Part shown: piece after piece, positions 1-12,372 of the stretch
Numbering within the stretch: the first letter of the stretch is position 1
How the letters are laid out: each line of letters starts with the position of its first letter
Source of the DNA: Eledone cirrhosa
Taxonomy: Eukaryota
DNA: 64,000 bases
Assembly: GCA_964016885.1 (NCBI GenBank)
Contig: OZ024762.1
Coordinates: forward strand, 19,840,001 to 19,904,000
Reading direction: 5' to 3'
Made by a program: the position numbers and the translations under genes
The notes under the pieces: model-generated
The model's database searches: none
What the model saw: only the letters and a program-made list of their open reading frames with translations
What the model was told of the DNA's origin: nothing

Positions 1-86
1 ATCAACCTATCTCAGTCTCTCCTCCATCAATCTATATATATCTTCCTCACTCATTCTCTCTTTTTCTCTTCCTTTCACTCTCCCCT

Positions 87-120
<34 letters not shown>

Positions 121-240
121 AGTTCTCTCTATCTTTCTTCCTCTCTCTCACACACTCTTTTTCTCTAGTCTATCTGACACTCTCTCTTTGTCTTTCTCCT
201 CGCATCTCCCCCCTCCCTCTCTCCATCCCTTTCTCTCTTT
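1..240. repeat. CT-rich low-complexity/(CT)n microsatellite
   Basis: Visible (CT)n runs and pyrimidine-only sequence. Confidence 0.9.
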
Positions 241-468
241 ATCAAAGCCTGTCTCCTGCCCTAGTTAGCATGTACCTTTAGCAGCAGTCAGGAGGAATGA
301 CCTAGCTAAAAATACCACCACAACACCACTGCCAGCAACACCACCAACAATACCACCAAGATACCAGCAACACCACCAACAACAACATTGTCCAAGCTCT
401 AGTCAGACCAGGTCATTATAGACTGAGAGAGACAGGTGCTCTCTTACTAATCAGCATCTCCCTAGGCC

Positions 469-1400
469 GTCCAAGCTCCACACTGACCAGGTCACAGCGG
501 ACATAGAATGCCACGTGCCCTCCACATCACCGTAAGTTGTCCAAAATTCACACTGACCAGGTCACAGTGGACATAGAACGCCACGTGCTCTCCACATCAC
601 CGTGAGTTGTCCAAAATTCACACTGACCAGGTCACAGTGGACATAGAACGACACTTGCTCTCCACATCACCGTGAGTTGTCCAAAATTCACACTGACCAG
701 GTCACAGTGGACATAGAACGCCACGTGCTCTCCACATCACCGTGAGTTGTCCAAAATTCACACTGACCAGGTCACAGTGGACATAGAACGCCACGTGCTC
801 TCCACATCACCGTAAGTTGTCCAAAATTCACACTGACCAGGTCACAGTGGACATAGAACGACACGTGCTCTCCACATCACCGTGAGTTGTCCAAAATTCA
901 CACTGACCAGGTCACAGCGGACATAGAACGCCACGTGCTCTCCACATCACCGTGAGTTGTCCAAAATTCACACTGACCAGGTCACAGTGGACATAGAACG
1001 CCACGTGCTCTCCACATCACCGTGAGTTGTCCAAAATTCACACTGACCAGGTCACAGTGGACATAGAACGCCACGTGCTCTCCACATCACCGTGAGTTGT
1101 CCAAAATTCACACTGACCAGGTCACAGCGGACATAGAACGCCACGTGCTCTCCACATCACCGTGAGTTGTCCAAAATTCACACTGACCAGGTCACAGCGG
1201 ACATAGAACGCCACGTGCTCTCCACATCACCGTGAGTTGTCCAAAATTCACACTGACCAGGTCACAGCGGACATAGAATGACACGTGCTCTCCACATCAC
1301 CGTGAGTTGTCCAAAATTCACACTGACCAGGTCACAGCGGACATAGAACGCCACGTGCTCTCCACATCACCGTGAGTTGTCCAAAATTTACACTGACCAT
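469..1400. repeat. 70-bp tandem minisatellite, ~13 copies
   Basis: CCAAAATTCACACTGACCAGGTCACAGTGGACATAGAACGCCACGTGCTCTCCACATCACCGTGAGTTGT recurs every 70 bp (541, 611 ... 1381). Confidence 0.97.
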
Positions 1401-1441
1401 GCGTCATGATTAAATGATTGGAATTTTACCACACATATATA

Positions 1442-1480
<39 letters not shown>

Positions 1481-1483
<3 letters not shown>

Positions 1484-1604
1484 AACAAGTAGGGCCCCGA
1501 CGGCTGAGCTCAAGCCGTTTCGACGGCTAATTCGGGACTAAATTTAGTCCAAAATTAGCCGTCGAAACGGCTTGAGCTCAGCCGTCGGGGTCCTACTCGT
1601 TCCT
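1481..1604. mobile_element. 124-bp near-perfect palindrome (foldback/MITE-like) embedded in (TA)n
   Basis: AGGAAC...GGACTAAA|TTTAGTCC...GTTCCT, symmetric about 1542/1543 with ~4 mismatched pairs; flanked by TA on both sides. Confidence 0.75.
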
Positions 1605-2009
1605 ATATATATATATATATATATACGGACGTAAAATGATGATGATGATGAGGATGTATGTGTATATACAAAAAGGTTTTGAGGATTCGGCCCCACGGCG
1701 CTCTCTGGAATAAGTGAGTGAAAAAGAAGATATATACTGGCGTCCACCTGGTTTGGCAATCTGGAAGACATGATGATTGCAACAAGATCATGTGATGAGA
1801 GTTATGTTAGTAGGTTCTCATCAAGTTCATTGTTTCTGAGGAAGACTGATATGTATCTAGGATATTGTGACAAGAAATACGTGGTGACATAACCACTATG
1901 TCCCAGTCAAAATATCAATTTACCATGGTCAATCAACCCTCTGAAACGATAGTAAAACAAAAAATTAATTAAGAATCTATCTTTGTATTTTTTTTTATTT
2001 TCGTTGTTC

Positions 2010-2070
2010 AATACACACACACACATGTGTGTACATATGTATGAATATATATAAACACATATGCAAGCAC

Positions 2071-2142
<72 letters not shown>

Positions 2143-2286
2143 GATTGTACATGTGTGTATATATGTATATATACACACACACACACACACATGTGTGTAC
2201 ATATGTATGAATATATATATATAAACACATATGCAAGCACGTGTGTATATATATATATATATATATATAAACACATATGCAATCAC

Positions 2287-2339
<53 letters not shown>

Positions 2340-2501
2340 CATACGATTGTACATGTGTGTATATATGTATATATACACATACATACACAGTTTCCATATA
2401 TTGAAACAAAGATATAAAATTTCAATCTATTTGCTAGACCTGAAGTGTGTATGTATGTGCATATGTTTGTGTATGTATGTGTGTGTGTATATGTATGTAT
2501 A

Positions 2502-2532
<31 letters not shown>

Positions 2533-2560
2533 GCATATATATATATATGCATATATATGC

Positions 2561-2614
<54 letters not shown>

Positions 2615-2622
2615 GTGTGTGT
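2010..2622. repeat. Compound (TA)n/(CA)n microsatellite with internal duplications
   Basis: Dinucleotide runs; explains the YI/HT/CV-repeat ORFs. Confidence 0.95.
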
Positions 2623-2992
2623 GTCATCTCACCAAACCACTTCAAGATGCCATTATTTTTTTCCCCTTTCTTAATTTACATAATGTAATATATTGGTTGA
2701 CAGGAATCTGTGATGTGTTGAAATTGGAATATTGAAGATGTCATAAAGGGCCCTAGGTGGGACTTTGTGATGGGAAAGCTTCTTTAATTTGTTGGGATAT
2801 ATTAAAATCTATTCTGAGAGACTAGTTTCAGACCCCCTTTTTTTTTTTCTTGCTTGTGGGCAACTCAGAACGGTTGGTGTGTCCAAAGATGGTGACTCCT
2901 GTAAAGAAATAATAGAAGAGATCTTTTAACCCCTTTGATACCAAAACACCTCCCTCTGTTTTTATAATATATTAATCCTTTAGTATTTACAT

Positions 2993-3415
2993 TACATGCG
3001 ATGCTGCATGGTAGCAACTGCAGAGGATATGCAACAGCTGGAGAGAAATGAGGCAAGCATGCTCCGTTGGATGTGCAGTGTCAATGTGCGTGAACGACCC
3101 ACCATGGATGTGTTGAGAGAGAAACTGTGTCTGAGAGCGATAGAATGTAGTGTGCTAGAGAAGAGACTGAGGTGGTATGGACATGTGATGGAGGATGACT
3201 GATGAGTGAAGAAGTTCCAGGTGAAGGAAGACGTGGTAGAAGTAGACCACGAAAAACATGGGCGGAGGTGGGGAGAACAGACCTCAGATTGCTGAAGCTC
3301 ACGGTGGAGATGACGAAGGATCGTGACAAGTGGAGAGATGCTTTGCTGAATAGGACCCGTCTCACCCTTGCAAGCAGGGAAAAGCGGACGTAAAATGATG
3401 ATGATGATGATGATT
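2993..3415 (+). mobile_element. RTE-clade LINE 3' fragment with (TGA)n tail
   Basis: Translates to LERNEASMLRWMC...RLRWYGHVM...GRSRPRKTW, homologous to the C-terminus of the 46.5-48.4 kb RT; ends GGACGTAAAA(TGA)n. Confidence 0.9.
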
Positions 3416-3609
3416 ACTCTATATTTACTATTGTATTTTCACACTAAAGGCTTTATCTCACATAATATTGAATCTATGAGATTTTGAAGTTATTTGTTTT
3501 GAGAACAATACCTTAACGTCAGTATGAGTGGCTGGTTACAGCCAGTTTTAACAGAAAGAGCTGAGAGATTTCTGGCCAGATACGGCCAGTTTAAATGCTA
3601 ATGGGTTAA
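3416..3609 (+). mobile_element. piggyBac-like MITE (family P), left-truncated
   Basis: Same internal sequence as 25291-25790; ends TAAATGCTAATGGG-TTAA. Confidence 0.8.
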
Positions 3610-3644
3610 GCTCCTTGTTTAAAAAAAAAAAAGCTTCCTTGTTT

Positions 3645-4085
3645 CATCATCATTTTACATTCGTTTCTCTGTGTTTGCATGGGTTGGATAGGTCCTTTTC
3701 TCTCTAGTTGTTGCATTCTTTCATCATTTTCTCTGTGAGTCTCAGCAATCTGATATCAGCTCTCACCACCTCCGCTCAAGTCTGTCTATGTCTACCTCTA
3801 CAGCGGCTTCCTTCCACTGACATATCCTGGCACTTCTTCACTCAGTGATTATCATCCATCCGCATCACATGTCTGTACCAACACAGTCTTCTCTCTTGCA
3901 CACCATTTTGGATTCTTCTTAAATCTAGTTTCTCCTTCAGTTCATTCAAGCTTTACCTCTCTCTCACATTTCCGTTGCACATCCAACGAAGCATGACTGC
4001 TTCATTTCTCTCCAACTTATGCATGTCCTTTGCAGTCACTGCCCATCTTTCACTATCATGCAGCATCACACTTTGCACATGACAT
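3645..4085 (-). mobile_element. Degenerate RTE LINE 3' fragment
   Basis: Reverse complement encodes LERNEAVMLRWMC-like and YRHVMRMDD-like segments; CAT tail at 3645-3653. Confidence 0.8.
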
Positions 4086-4096
4086 GGCGTCATATA

Positions 4097-4775
4097 TATT
4101 TATCTAAAAACCTTCCATCATAATTTTATGTAAGAGCCTTTGTTAAGTTATATTCCAAATACCAACTTAATGAGAAACTAAGTTATTTGACTAAATCTCT
4201 CCAAATTCTTGACTATTTTCCAAATTATTTGAAAATTATAGGCAGTGTCTTTCATTAAAAATATATTAATGAAAAATTTAAAGTGTGTGTAAGAACCTTT
4301 GTTAAGTTATGTTCCAAATGCTGGTTGAATGAGAAAGTTAGCTTTATTACTAAACCTTTCCAATTTTTTGTTATTTTCAAAATTATTTGAAAATTATAGG
4401 CAGTGTCTTTCATTAGAGAATATGGCAAATGTTTTTCATTAGAAAATATATTAATGAAAAAGTTGAAATGTGTGTGTTTATCTAAAGTCCTTCCATCCTG
4501 ATTTCATGTAAGAACCTTTGTTAAGTTATGTTCCAAATGCTGGCTTAATGAGAAAGTTACTTATATTACTAAACCTTTCCAATTTTTTGTTATTTTCAAA
4601 ATTATTTGAAAGTTATAGACAGTGTCTTTCACTAAAAGTATGTTAATGAAAAATGTAAAGTGTGTGTAAGAACCTTTGTTAAGTTATGTTCCAAATGCTG
4701 GCTTAATGAGAAACTTAATTATATTACTAAACCCTTCCAAATTCCTGTTTATTTTCAAAATAATTTGAAAACTAT
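4097..4775. repeat. Tandemly amplified AT-rich dispersed repeat (MITE family M), ~4 partial units
   Basis: TAAGAACCTTTGTTAAGTTATGTTCCAAATGCTGG... recurs ~every 170-220 bp; homologues at 11370-12444 (reverse) and 34630-34860. Confidence 0.75.
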
Positions 4776-5367
4776 TGACAGTACCACCACCACCGTCATC
4801 ACTATCGCCACCATCACCACCACCGCCCTCTCCAATACCATCACAAACATCACCGTTCTTTATTTACACACACACACACACACACACACACTTTCCTTAT
4901 GGACATTTCAATTTTCTAAAGCCCAATTAGAAATTTCTTTATTTCGGGATACTGCCTATATTTTGGCTACAATATTTCTATGACCATATTTTTAAAATAT
5001 TTTTTCTGGAAACCAATTCCTTAATTCAATTTTCTACAAAATATTCCTTTATTTGCCTTTATAGTTCTTCTTCATTTTTCTAATTTTCTATTGGCAAATA
5101 TTGTTGCCTATGTTTATTACAATTCCACAATTGGAGATTGGTTGAATAGAGCTGGAATTCTATAGAAATTCAAACTCTATGGAAGTTACCAGTACTGCTG
5201 CTATATTGTTCAACACTCTTAATTATTATTATTATTGTTGTTGTCGTTGTCGTTGTCGTTGTTGCTGTTGTTGTTGAACTCTTGATGATTTATTGGTTGT
5301 CTACTTGTATATAAACGTGTGTGTGTATGTATGCACATATATACACACACACATATATATATGTGTG

Positions 5368-5455
<88 letters not shown>

Positions 5456-5460
5456 CATAA

Positions 5461-5526
<66 letters not shown>

Positions 5527-5563
5527 GTATATGTGTATATATATATATATATACATATGTATA

Positions 5564-5594
<31 letters not shown>

Positions 5595-5705
5595 GTGTAT
5601 GTGTGTTTGAAAATTAGATTATGTGTGACTATGTCATGTGTTAGTTTTGGTGTATTGCAGCGTAAACCATTCAATTATATTCTGTATTTATATTTCTTTC
5701 CCTCC

Positions 5706-5779
<74 letters not shown>

Positions 5780-5889
5780 TTCCCTGTCTCTCTTTCTCGT
5801 TCACTCTCTATATCTTTCTCTCTAGAACGTTATATTTATTTACTTTACCTGTTATGTTCTTTCATTATTCTCATCATCGTTAACGCAGG

Positions 5890-6880
5890 TGTGTGTCCGA
5901 GGAGGAGGAGCGTGTGAGGGTGTGGGAGAGGGCTTGAGAGATCTAGTGGTTTGACTTACTACGTATGTGTGTGTGTGTGTATGAGTTAGAAGATAGCGTG
6001 GCATGTGTGGGAGAGAGAGAGCTAGCGGTTTGTCTTATTCAAGGTTTGTTTGTGTGTGTCTGCGTATGTGTGTGTGTGTGTGTGTATGTGTGTATATATA
6101 TATATGTGTGTGTGTTTGAGAAAGAGGAGGTGGGGTGGTAGAGATACAGGGATTTGTCTTATTCCAAGTGTGTACGTGTGGTGTGTGTGTGTGTGTATCA
6201 GAAGAGAAGTGGTGGAGGTATAATGGTTTGTCCATTTCTGAGAGTGTGCGTGTGTTTATGTATGTATGTGTGTGTGTATGTGTGTGTGTGTGTGTGTGTA
6301 TATATGTGTGTGTGTTTGAGAAAGAGGAGGTGGGGTGGTAGAGATACAGGGATTTGTCTTATTCCAAGTGTGTACGTGTGTGTGTGTGTGTATCAGAAGA
6401 GAAGTGGTGGAGGTATAATGGTTTGTCCATTTCTGAGAGTGTGCGTGTGTTTATGTATGTATGTGTGTGTGTGTATGTGTGTGTATATATATCAGAGGAG
6501 GAGGGGGTGTGGAGTGGTAGTGTTACAATGGTTTGTCTTTTTCTGAGAGTATGTGTGGGTGTGTGTCTGTGTGTGTGTATCAGGAGGAGGGGGTGTGGAG
6601 TGGTAGTGTTACAATGGTTTGTCTTTTTTCTGAGAGAGTATGTGTGTGTCTGTGTGTGTGTATCAGGAGGAGGGGGTGTGGAGTGGTAGAGTTATAATGG
6701 TTTGTCTTTTTTCTGAGAGAGTGTGTGTGTGTGTATCAGGAGGGGGCGTGTGGAGTGGTAGAGTTATAATGGTTTGTCTTTTTTCTGAGAGTGTATGTGT
6801 GTGGGTGTGTGTGTATGTGTGGGTGTGTCTGTCTTGGAAGAGGAGGGGGTGATGGGGGGATGGTAGATACAGTGGTTTGC
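5890..6880. repeat. Degenerate GT/GA-rich minisatellite (two ~200-bp units plus four ~75-bp units)
   Basis: Repeated GGAGTGGTAG...AATGGTTTGTCTT...CTGAGAG separated by (GT)n. Confidence 0.85.
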
Positions 6881-7107
6881 CATAGGAGTTCCCTCAGTAT
6901 TTTTTTGTATCTGTGGGAGGGTCACCGGGGTGGGTGATTGAAATCCTCGGACATACCTTTGATGGGGTCCTATCAAAAGCAACAGTCTCTAATTGATCTG
7001 GCTGGATCTCCAAGTATGACCAACCAAGCTCATTAATCTCAACTTGGAATAAAAACTGTGTCTATGGGAAGAAGATATTGAATTAATTGGTCCAATTTGT
7101 GGTACTG

Positions 7108-7995
7108 GATCATCATCATCATCACCTTAGTCATCATCTTAGCCATCATGACTTTTGTCGTCATTATCTTCATCATCATCATCGTCGTCATTGTCATCAT
7201 GGCCGTCATCACCATCACCAACGTCATCATCACCATTATCTTAGCCATCATGACTTTTGTCGTCATTATCTTCATCATCATCATCACCATCATCGTCATT
7301 GTCATGATGGCCGTCATCACCATCACCAACATCACCATCATCTTAGCCATCATGACTTTCATCATCATTATATTTATCATCATCATCGTCATTGTCATCA
7401 TGGTTGTCATCACCATCACCAACGTCATCATCTTAGCCATCATGACCTTTGTCGTCATTATCTTCATCATCATCATCGTCATTGTCATCATGGCCGTCAT
7501 CACCATCACCAACGTCATCATCACCATCATCTTAGTCATCATCTTAGCCATCATGACTTTTGTCGTCATTATATTTATCATCATCATCGTCATTGTCATC
7601 ACGGTTGTCATCACCATCACCAACGTCATCTTTGCCATCATCATTGCCATCACCATTGCCATCACCATTATCATCATCATCATCATCATCATCACCATCT
7701 TCGTCATAGTCATCATCATCATCATCATTGTCATTGTTATGATAACAATCATCTTCCTCATCGCCATCACCATCATCAGTATTATTTTTGTCATCGACAT
7801 CATTGTTGTGATAGTCATCATCATCATCATCATCGCCATCACCATCATCATCGCCATCATCATTATCATCGTTCATTTCATCATCACTGTCACCATCATC
7901 ATCTTCATCATCATCATGACTATCATCATTATTATCTTAGCAATCATCATCATTGTTGCTATAATAATCATTATCATTGTCATCACCATCATCAG
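7108..7995. repeat. (CAT)n-derived higher-order repeat
   Basis: CAT/CAC/CGT triplets with ~110-130-bp recurring unit CTTAGCCATCATGACTTTTGTCGTC. Confidence 0.9.
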
Positions 7996-8545
7996 AAGAC
8001 ACCATGCTTTGCAGCAAAGAGTTACGGCCCTTTATGTTCTGGGTTCAAATCTTGCCGAGGTTAACTTTGCCTTTCATCCTTACAGGGTCGATAAAATAAA
8101 GTACCAGTAATACACTGGGGTAATTGCTGGCCTTGTGCCAAAAGTAGAGACAATTATTACAGGGTTGATAAAATAAAGTACCAGTAATACACTGGGGTAA
8201 TTGCTGGCCTTGTGCCAAAAGTAGAGACAATTATTACAGGGTTGATAAAATAAAGTACCAGTAATACACTGGGGTAATTGCTGGCCTTGTGCCAAAAGTA
8301 GAGACAATTATTACAGGGTTGATAAAATAAAGTACCAGTAATACACTGGGGTAATTGCTGGCCTTGTGCCAAAAGTAGAAACAATTATTACGGGGTTGAT
8401 AAAATAAAGTACCAGTAATACACTGGGGTAATTGTTGGCCTTGTGCTTAAAGTAGAAACAATTATTACAGGGTTGATAAAATAAAGCACCAGTAATACAC
8501 TGGGGTAATTGCTGGCCTTGTGCCAAAAGTAGAGACAATTATTAT
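7995..8545 (+). mobile_element. SINE family B with its 3' 77-bp segment tandemly amplified 6x
   Basis: B-box-like GGTTCAAATC then CTTTGCCTTTCATCC; unit TACAGGGTTGATAAAATAAAGTACCAG...GTAGAGACAATTAT repeats with 77-bp period (8081-8543). Confidence 0.9.
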
Positions 8546-8664
8546 CTTTCTCATCATCATCAACCTGCGATAATCATCATCATTGTCATCACCATCCTCA
8601 TCATCATCATCACCTTTGTCAGTGCCATCATCACCATCATCATCATCATCTTAATCATATCATT

Positions 8665-8822
8665 ACAGCCCTTTACGTTTCGAGTTCAAGTCCCACCAAA
8701 GTTAACTTTCCCTTACAGCCTTACGGGGGTCGAGAAAATAAAGTACCAGTCATGCACTGGGGTCGATCTAATCAACTTTCCCCTCCCCTACCTAAATTTG
8801 TGCCTAAATCAGAAACAATTAT
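8665..8822 (+). mobile_element. SINE family B copy
   Basis: GAGTTCAAGTCCCACC...GGGGTCGAGAAAATAAAGTACCAG. Confidence 0.8.
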
Positions 8823-8823
8823 C

Positions 8824-8940
8824 TTAACCTTCAGCATGCTGAGTTATTTTATGAATTATTTCCTTTGACACTGTACTATTGTATTCAGGGGAGATTACTC
8901 TATTGTCGCAATTTGTTGCTGACAGCGTATTAAAGGTTAA
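8824..8940. mobile_element. Short TTAA-flanked MITE (piggyBac-like)
   Basis: TTAA-CCTT...AAGG-TTAA ends; left end similar to the reverse complement of 54350-54415. Confidence 0.6.
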
Positions 8941-8944
8941 TCAC

Positions 8945-9480
8945 AATCATCGTCATTTTAAGACCACTTTCGATCCTGGAATTGGTTGAACAGATCAGGT
9001 TATCAGAATTTGAAACAAGGATGACCAGGGAATCAAATTTTGTGCATACGTTCCATAATTCGGCATGGTTCCTACAGCTGGATACACTTCATAATCCCAA
9101 ACCACTCTTGTGAGAGGCTGCATTTTATCATGGCCCCAGCACGTCCACTTTACAGCATGGACTGGGTGCACTTTATCATCTACCCAGCACTGCAACTTTG
9201 CAGAGTGGACTGGGCGCATTTTATCATTGCCCCAGCATTGCCACTTTGCAGAGTGGACTGGATGCATTTTATCATTGTCCCCAGCATTGCCACCCTGCAG
9301 AGTGGACTGGAGGCATTTTATCATTGTCCCCAACATTGCCACTCTGCAGAGTGAACTGGGGGCATTTTATCATTGTCCAAGCATTGCCACTTTGCAGAGT
9401 GGACTGGGGGCATTTTATCATGTCCCCAGCATTGCCACCCTGCAGAGTGAACTGGGTGCATTTTATCATGTCCCCATAAA
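8945..9480 (-). repeat. RTE/SINE 3'-end remnant containing a ~49-bp tandem array (9110-9475)
   Basis: Reverse complement has GGTTGGGATTATGAAGTGTATCCAGCTGTAG (homologue of GGTTGGTGTTAGGAAGGGCATCCAGCTGTAG); unit CCAGCATTGCCACTTTGCAGAGTGGACTGGGCGCATTTTATCATTG. Confidence 0.8.
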
Positions 9481-9565
9481 AAAGACTGTTATTGCTCCAA
9501 TCTGTTTACAAAACACTAAGCAAACACCCTAAAGGGAATGCAGATTGCATGTGTATATAGATAGA

Positions 9566-9830
9566 TAGATTTATTTATTTGCCACAAGGGCGAAAAAAAT
9601 GGGACATTACAAGACATGACGGCGAGGGTTTTACATAACATCTTTAACAATAATGAATGACAATAAACTATATGTGAAATACAATGAAACAATCGAAATC
9701 CCCAATAGGAGCGAATGTTACTGCGGGGGTGTTTTACGCCCCGTGGATAGAACAACCATTAACACCAGGAGCTCATTTTGTAGGTGTTCCTGTCTTCCCT
9801 CTGCTTGTCTTCCTCAACCTACAGGTTTAT
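9566..9830 (-). mobile_element. Tx1/L1-like LINE 3' UTR remnant
   Basis: Reverse complement ends CCCTTGTGGCAAATAAA, similar to the CCCTTGTG..TAATAAAG termini at ~54700 and ~55430. Confidence 0.5.
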
Positions 9831-10052
9831 ATACAGAGAAGGCCCAGATAGATTGATACATAAAGAGAGAGTTAGATATATAAGAGTAAGAGAGAGTTTG
9901 ATAGATAAATAAAGAGAGAGTTGGATAGCTAGATAAAGAGAGAGTTAGATGGATGGATGGATAGATAAATAGATAAAGAGAGATTTTGTTTGATAGATAA
10001 GGCAAGAGATAGATAAATAGATAGAAGAAATAGATAGATATATAGAGAGATA

Positions 10053-10274
10053 TCATCTACTGCAATATTCATGCTGATAAGCACAAAGATTGCTGGTCAT
10101 CTGTAGAATAGCGCCATCGGGAATTTGGAATAATTCTGAGAGATAACTGTGAAGAATTTTCATGTTACTCCCTTGGACATTGCATGTTTCTAAAATATCA
10201 TCTACCGTTTTAGCGAGTTGTCTTTCAACTGCTGTCATTTCTCCAGTGGCTGTTATCAATCTCCGAGATTCCAT
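10053..10274 (-). CDS. Candidate short coding exon/ORF of unknown function (MESRRLITATGEM...)
   Basis: 73-aa high-complexity ORF in a unique island between microsatellites; no recognised domain; splice sites not convincing. Confidence 0.25.
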   Translation of the reverse strand: MESRRLITATGEMTAVERQLAKTVDDILETCNVQGSNMKILHSYLSELFQIPDGAILQMTSNLCAYQHEYCSR

Positions 10275-10571
10275 TCAATGAAAGTCTTTGATGCTTCCGA
10301 CCGAATCTCTGCCAGTAAACGCCATTTGTTTTATCTCTGAATTGTTCTGAAATGATAGTCATATGTTCGGAAGTTTTCCACAGATTATCGATCTCATGCC
10401 AATTGGAGTTTCTTTCTCTGTCTCTGTGTGTGTGTGTGTGGGTGGGTGGGTGTCTGCTGACTGTGTATATATATATGGGTGTTTGGTGAGTGAGTGTATA
10501 TTTATATATATGTATATATGTGTGTGTGTGTCTGCTAAGTGTTTGTATATATGTGGGAGTTTGCCGAGTGA

Positions 10572-10623
<52 letters not shown>

Positions 10624-10636
10624 GTGTGTTTGCTAA

Positions 10637-10675
<39 letters not shown>

Positions 10676-10732
10676 GGTGTTTGCCGTGTGAGTGAATGCG
10701 TATGTATGTGTGTGCGTTTGCCAAGTGAGTGA

Positions 10733-10770
<38 letters not shown>

Positions 10771-11507
10771 GTGTGTTTGTGAGTGAGTGTTTGTATATAT
10801 TTGTGAGTGAATGTGTCTGCATATATATACATATGTGTTTGTTTGAGGAAGTCATTGTGTATATGTGTGTTTGTGAAGGAAGTCATTGTGTTTATGTGTG
10901 TGTTTGTGAAGGAGTCTCTGTTGGTTCGTGTGTGTATATATACATATATATGTGTGTGTGTGTCTGTTTGTCTGTGTGTCTATATGACATGTGCATGTTT
11001 GAAAAAGGAGATATAGAATTTTCTTTTGGCAAAAACTTCAGAAGATCCAGTTATTTCCTTTGGTAGAGAATCCAGATTAGAAATTCATTAGAATTGCCTG
11101 GCTAGGGTGATCTGAACCCTATTTGTCATATTGCTGATGAAAGAAACTCCCTATGATTTTCAAATAATTTCAAAAATGAACTTCAGGAATTATAGAAGTG
11201 TTGACTGTGTTATTTATTTGAATATGTGAGATTCCCAAATTCAGAAAAGTAGCTGCAATAACAGTTGATCACTATAAATAATAGCTGGGAAGATTGGATG
11301 AATTAAATTAGTCTTTTAGAAATGGTGGGGTGGTTGGAAAAATGGTGGTAGCTGTCACAATTTTTAATATAAATTTTGGAAATAATCTAGAAATTTCAGT
11401 GGCAGATTTAGTATTGTAACTAACTTTCTTGTTATTAAGCTGGTTTTTGGAGCATAACTTAACAAAGGTTCTCACCTAAAATTGTGATGAAAGATTTTCA
11501 GATAAAT

Positions 11508-11903
11508 CTTAGGTAATGACCAAAAGAATACTATTGCAAATGCAAATGGCTGAAATGGTGCTTCTCCGAAGGGTTTTGGGAGTAACGTTACTCAGTACGG
11601 TGTGTAGCTTGGAGGTCAGTCGGTTGTACCAGGTGGCGCTGTTACTTCTCTGAATTGAGAGATCACAGCTCCGATATCACAGACGTGGTTAGAATACCTC
11701 AGGAAAGAATCGCTGGACAGATTTTATGGGCAAAACCAACTGGCAGGAGATCCAAGGGTAGACATCCACTAAGATGGTCTTGATGACGTCTACAAGCTAG
11801 GCTAGTCTTGTCTTGGAGACGGATGCTTCTGACAGGACCTGCTGGAAGGAATACTTGAGGGCTCAGCTCCCAGACCCTCCCAGGAATAAATGGGCGAAGA
11901 AGA
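11508..11903 (+). mobile_element. Rex3/Expander-like RTE LINE 3' fragment
   Basis: VMTKRILLQMQMAEMVLLRRVLGVTLL...IERSQLR motif; ends GGGCGAAGAAGAA; flanked by ~85-bp direct duplication. Confidence 0.8.
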
Positions 11904-11999
11904 ACTTTCTTTCTCATTATTAAGCTGGTGCTTGGAGCATAACTTAAAACAGGTTCTCATTTAAAATTGTGATGGAAGATTTTCAAATAAATATAAATA

Positions 12000-12372
12000 C
12001 CGTATTTCCCGGCGCTGAAGAGGCTTCTTCCTTGAGGACGCACCCTAATTTTGACAAGCAAAAATTTGAAAAATAATAATTGTTTCTACTTTAGGCACAA
12101 GGCCAGCAATTACCCAGCACATTGCTGGTACTTTATTTTATCGACCCCGTAAGGATGAAAGGCAAAGTTAACCTCGGCGGGATTTGAACTCAGATCATAA
12201 AGGGACGTAACTCTATGCTACAAAGCATGGCGTCCAAACCCTCTACCGATACTGCCAATCAACCACCCTTTTGAAAAAAAATAATAAACAACCTTCGGCC
12301 TCCAGGACGTATGGTAGATTTTTGAGACTTATTTTAGGGGAAAAGTAGCGTCTTCGACGCCGGGAACTACAG
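12000..12372. mobile_element. Tc1/mariner-superfamily (Tc2/pogo-like) MITE
   Basis: TA-CCGTATTTCCCGGCG ... CGCCGGGAACTACAG-TA terminal inverted repeats with TA target duplication. Confidence 0.8.
12078..12268 (-). mobile_element. SINE family B, full length, nested in the MITE
   Basis: Reverse complement of family B; flanked by TTTGAAAAA(A)TAATAA direct repeat. Confidence 0.9.

Noticed and set aside
469-1400. CRISPR-like regular array
   Set aside because: Whole 70-bp units are repeated with no unique spacers; eukaryotic context and no cas genes.
7087-8110. 325-337-aa His-rich or Ile-rich ORFs
   Set aside because: By-product of (CAT)n repeats, which are open in several frames; the ORFs run into a SINE.
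9760-9822. Possible terminal exon on the minus strand after CTGTAG
   Set aside because: Contiguous with a Tx1/L1-like 3' UTR remnant; only a very short ORF.
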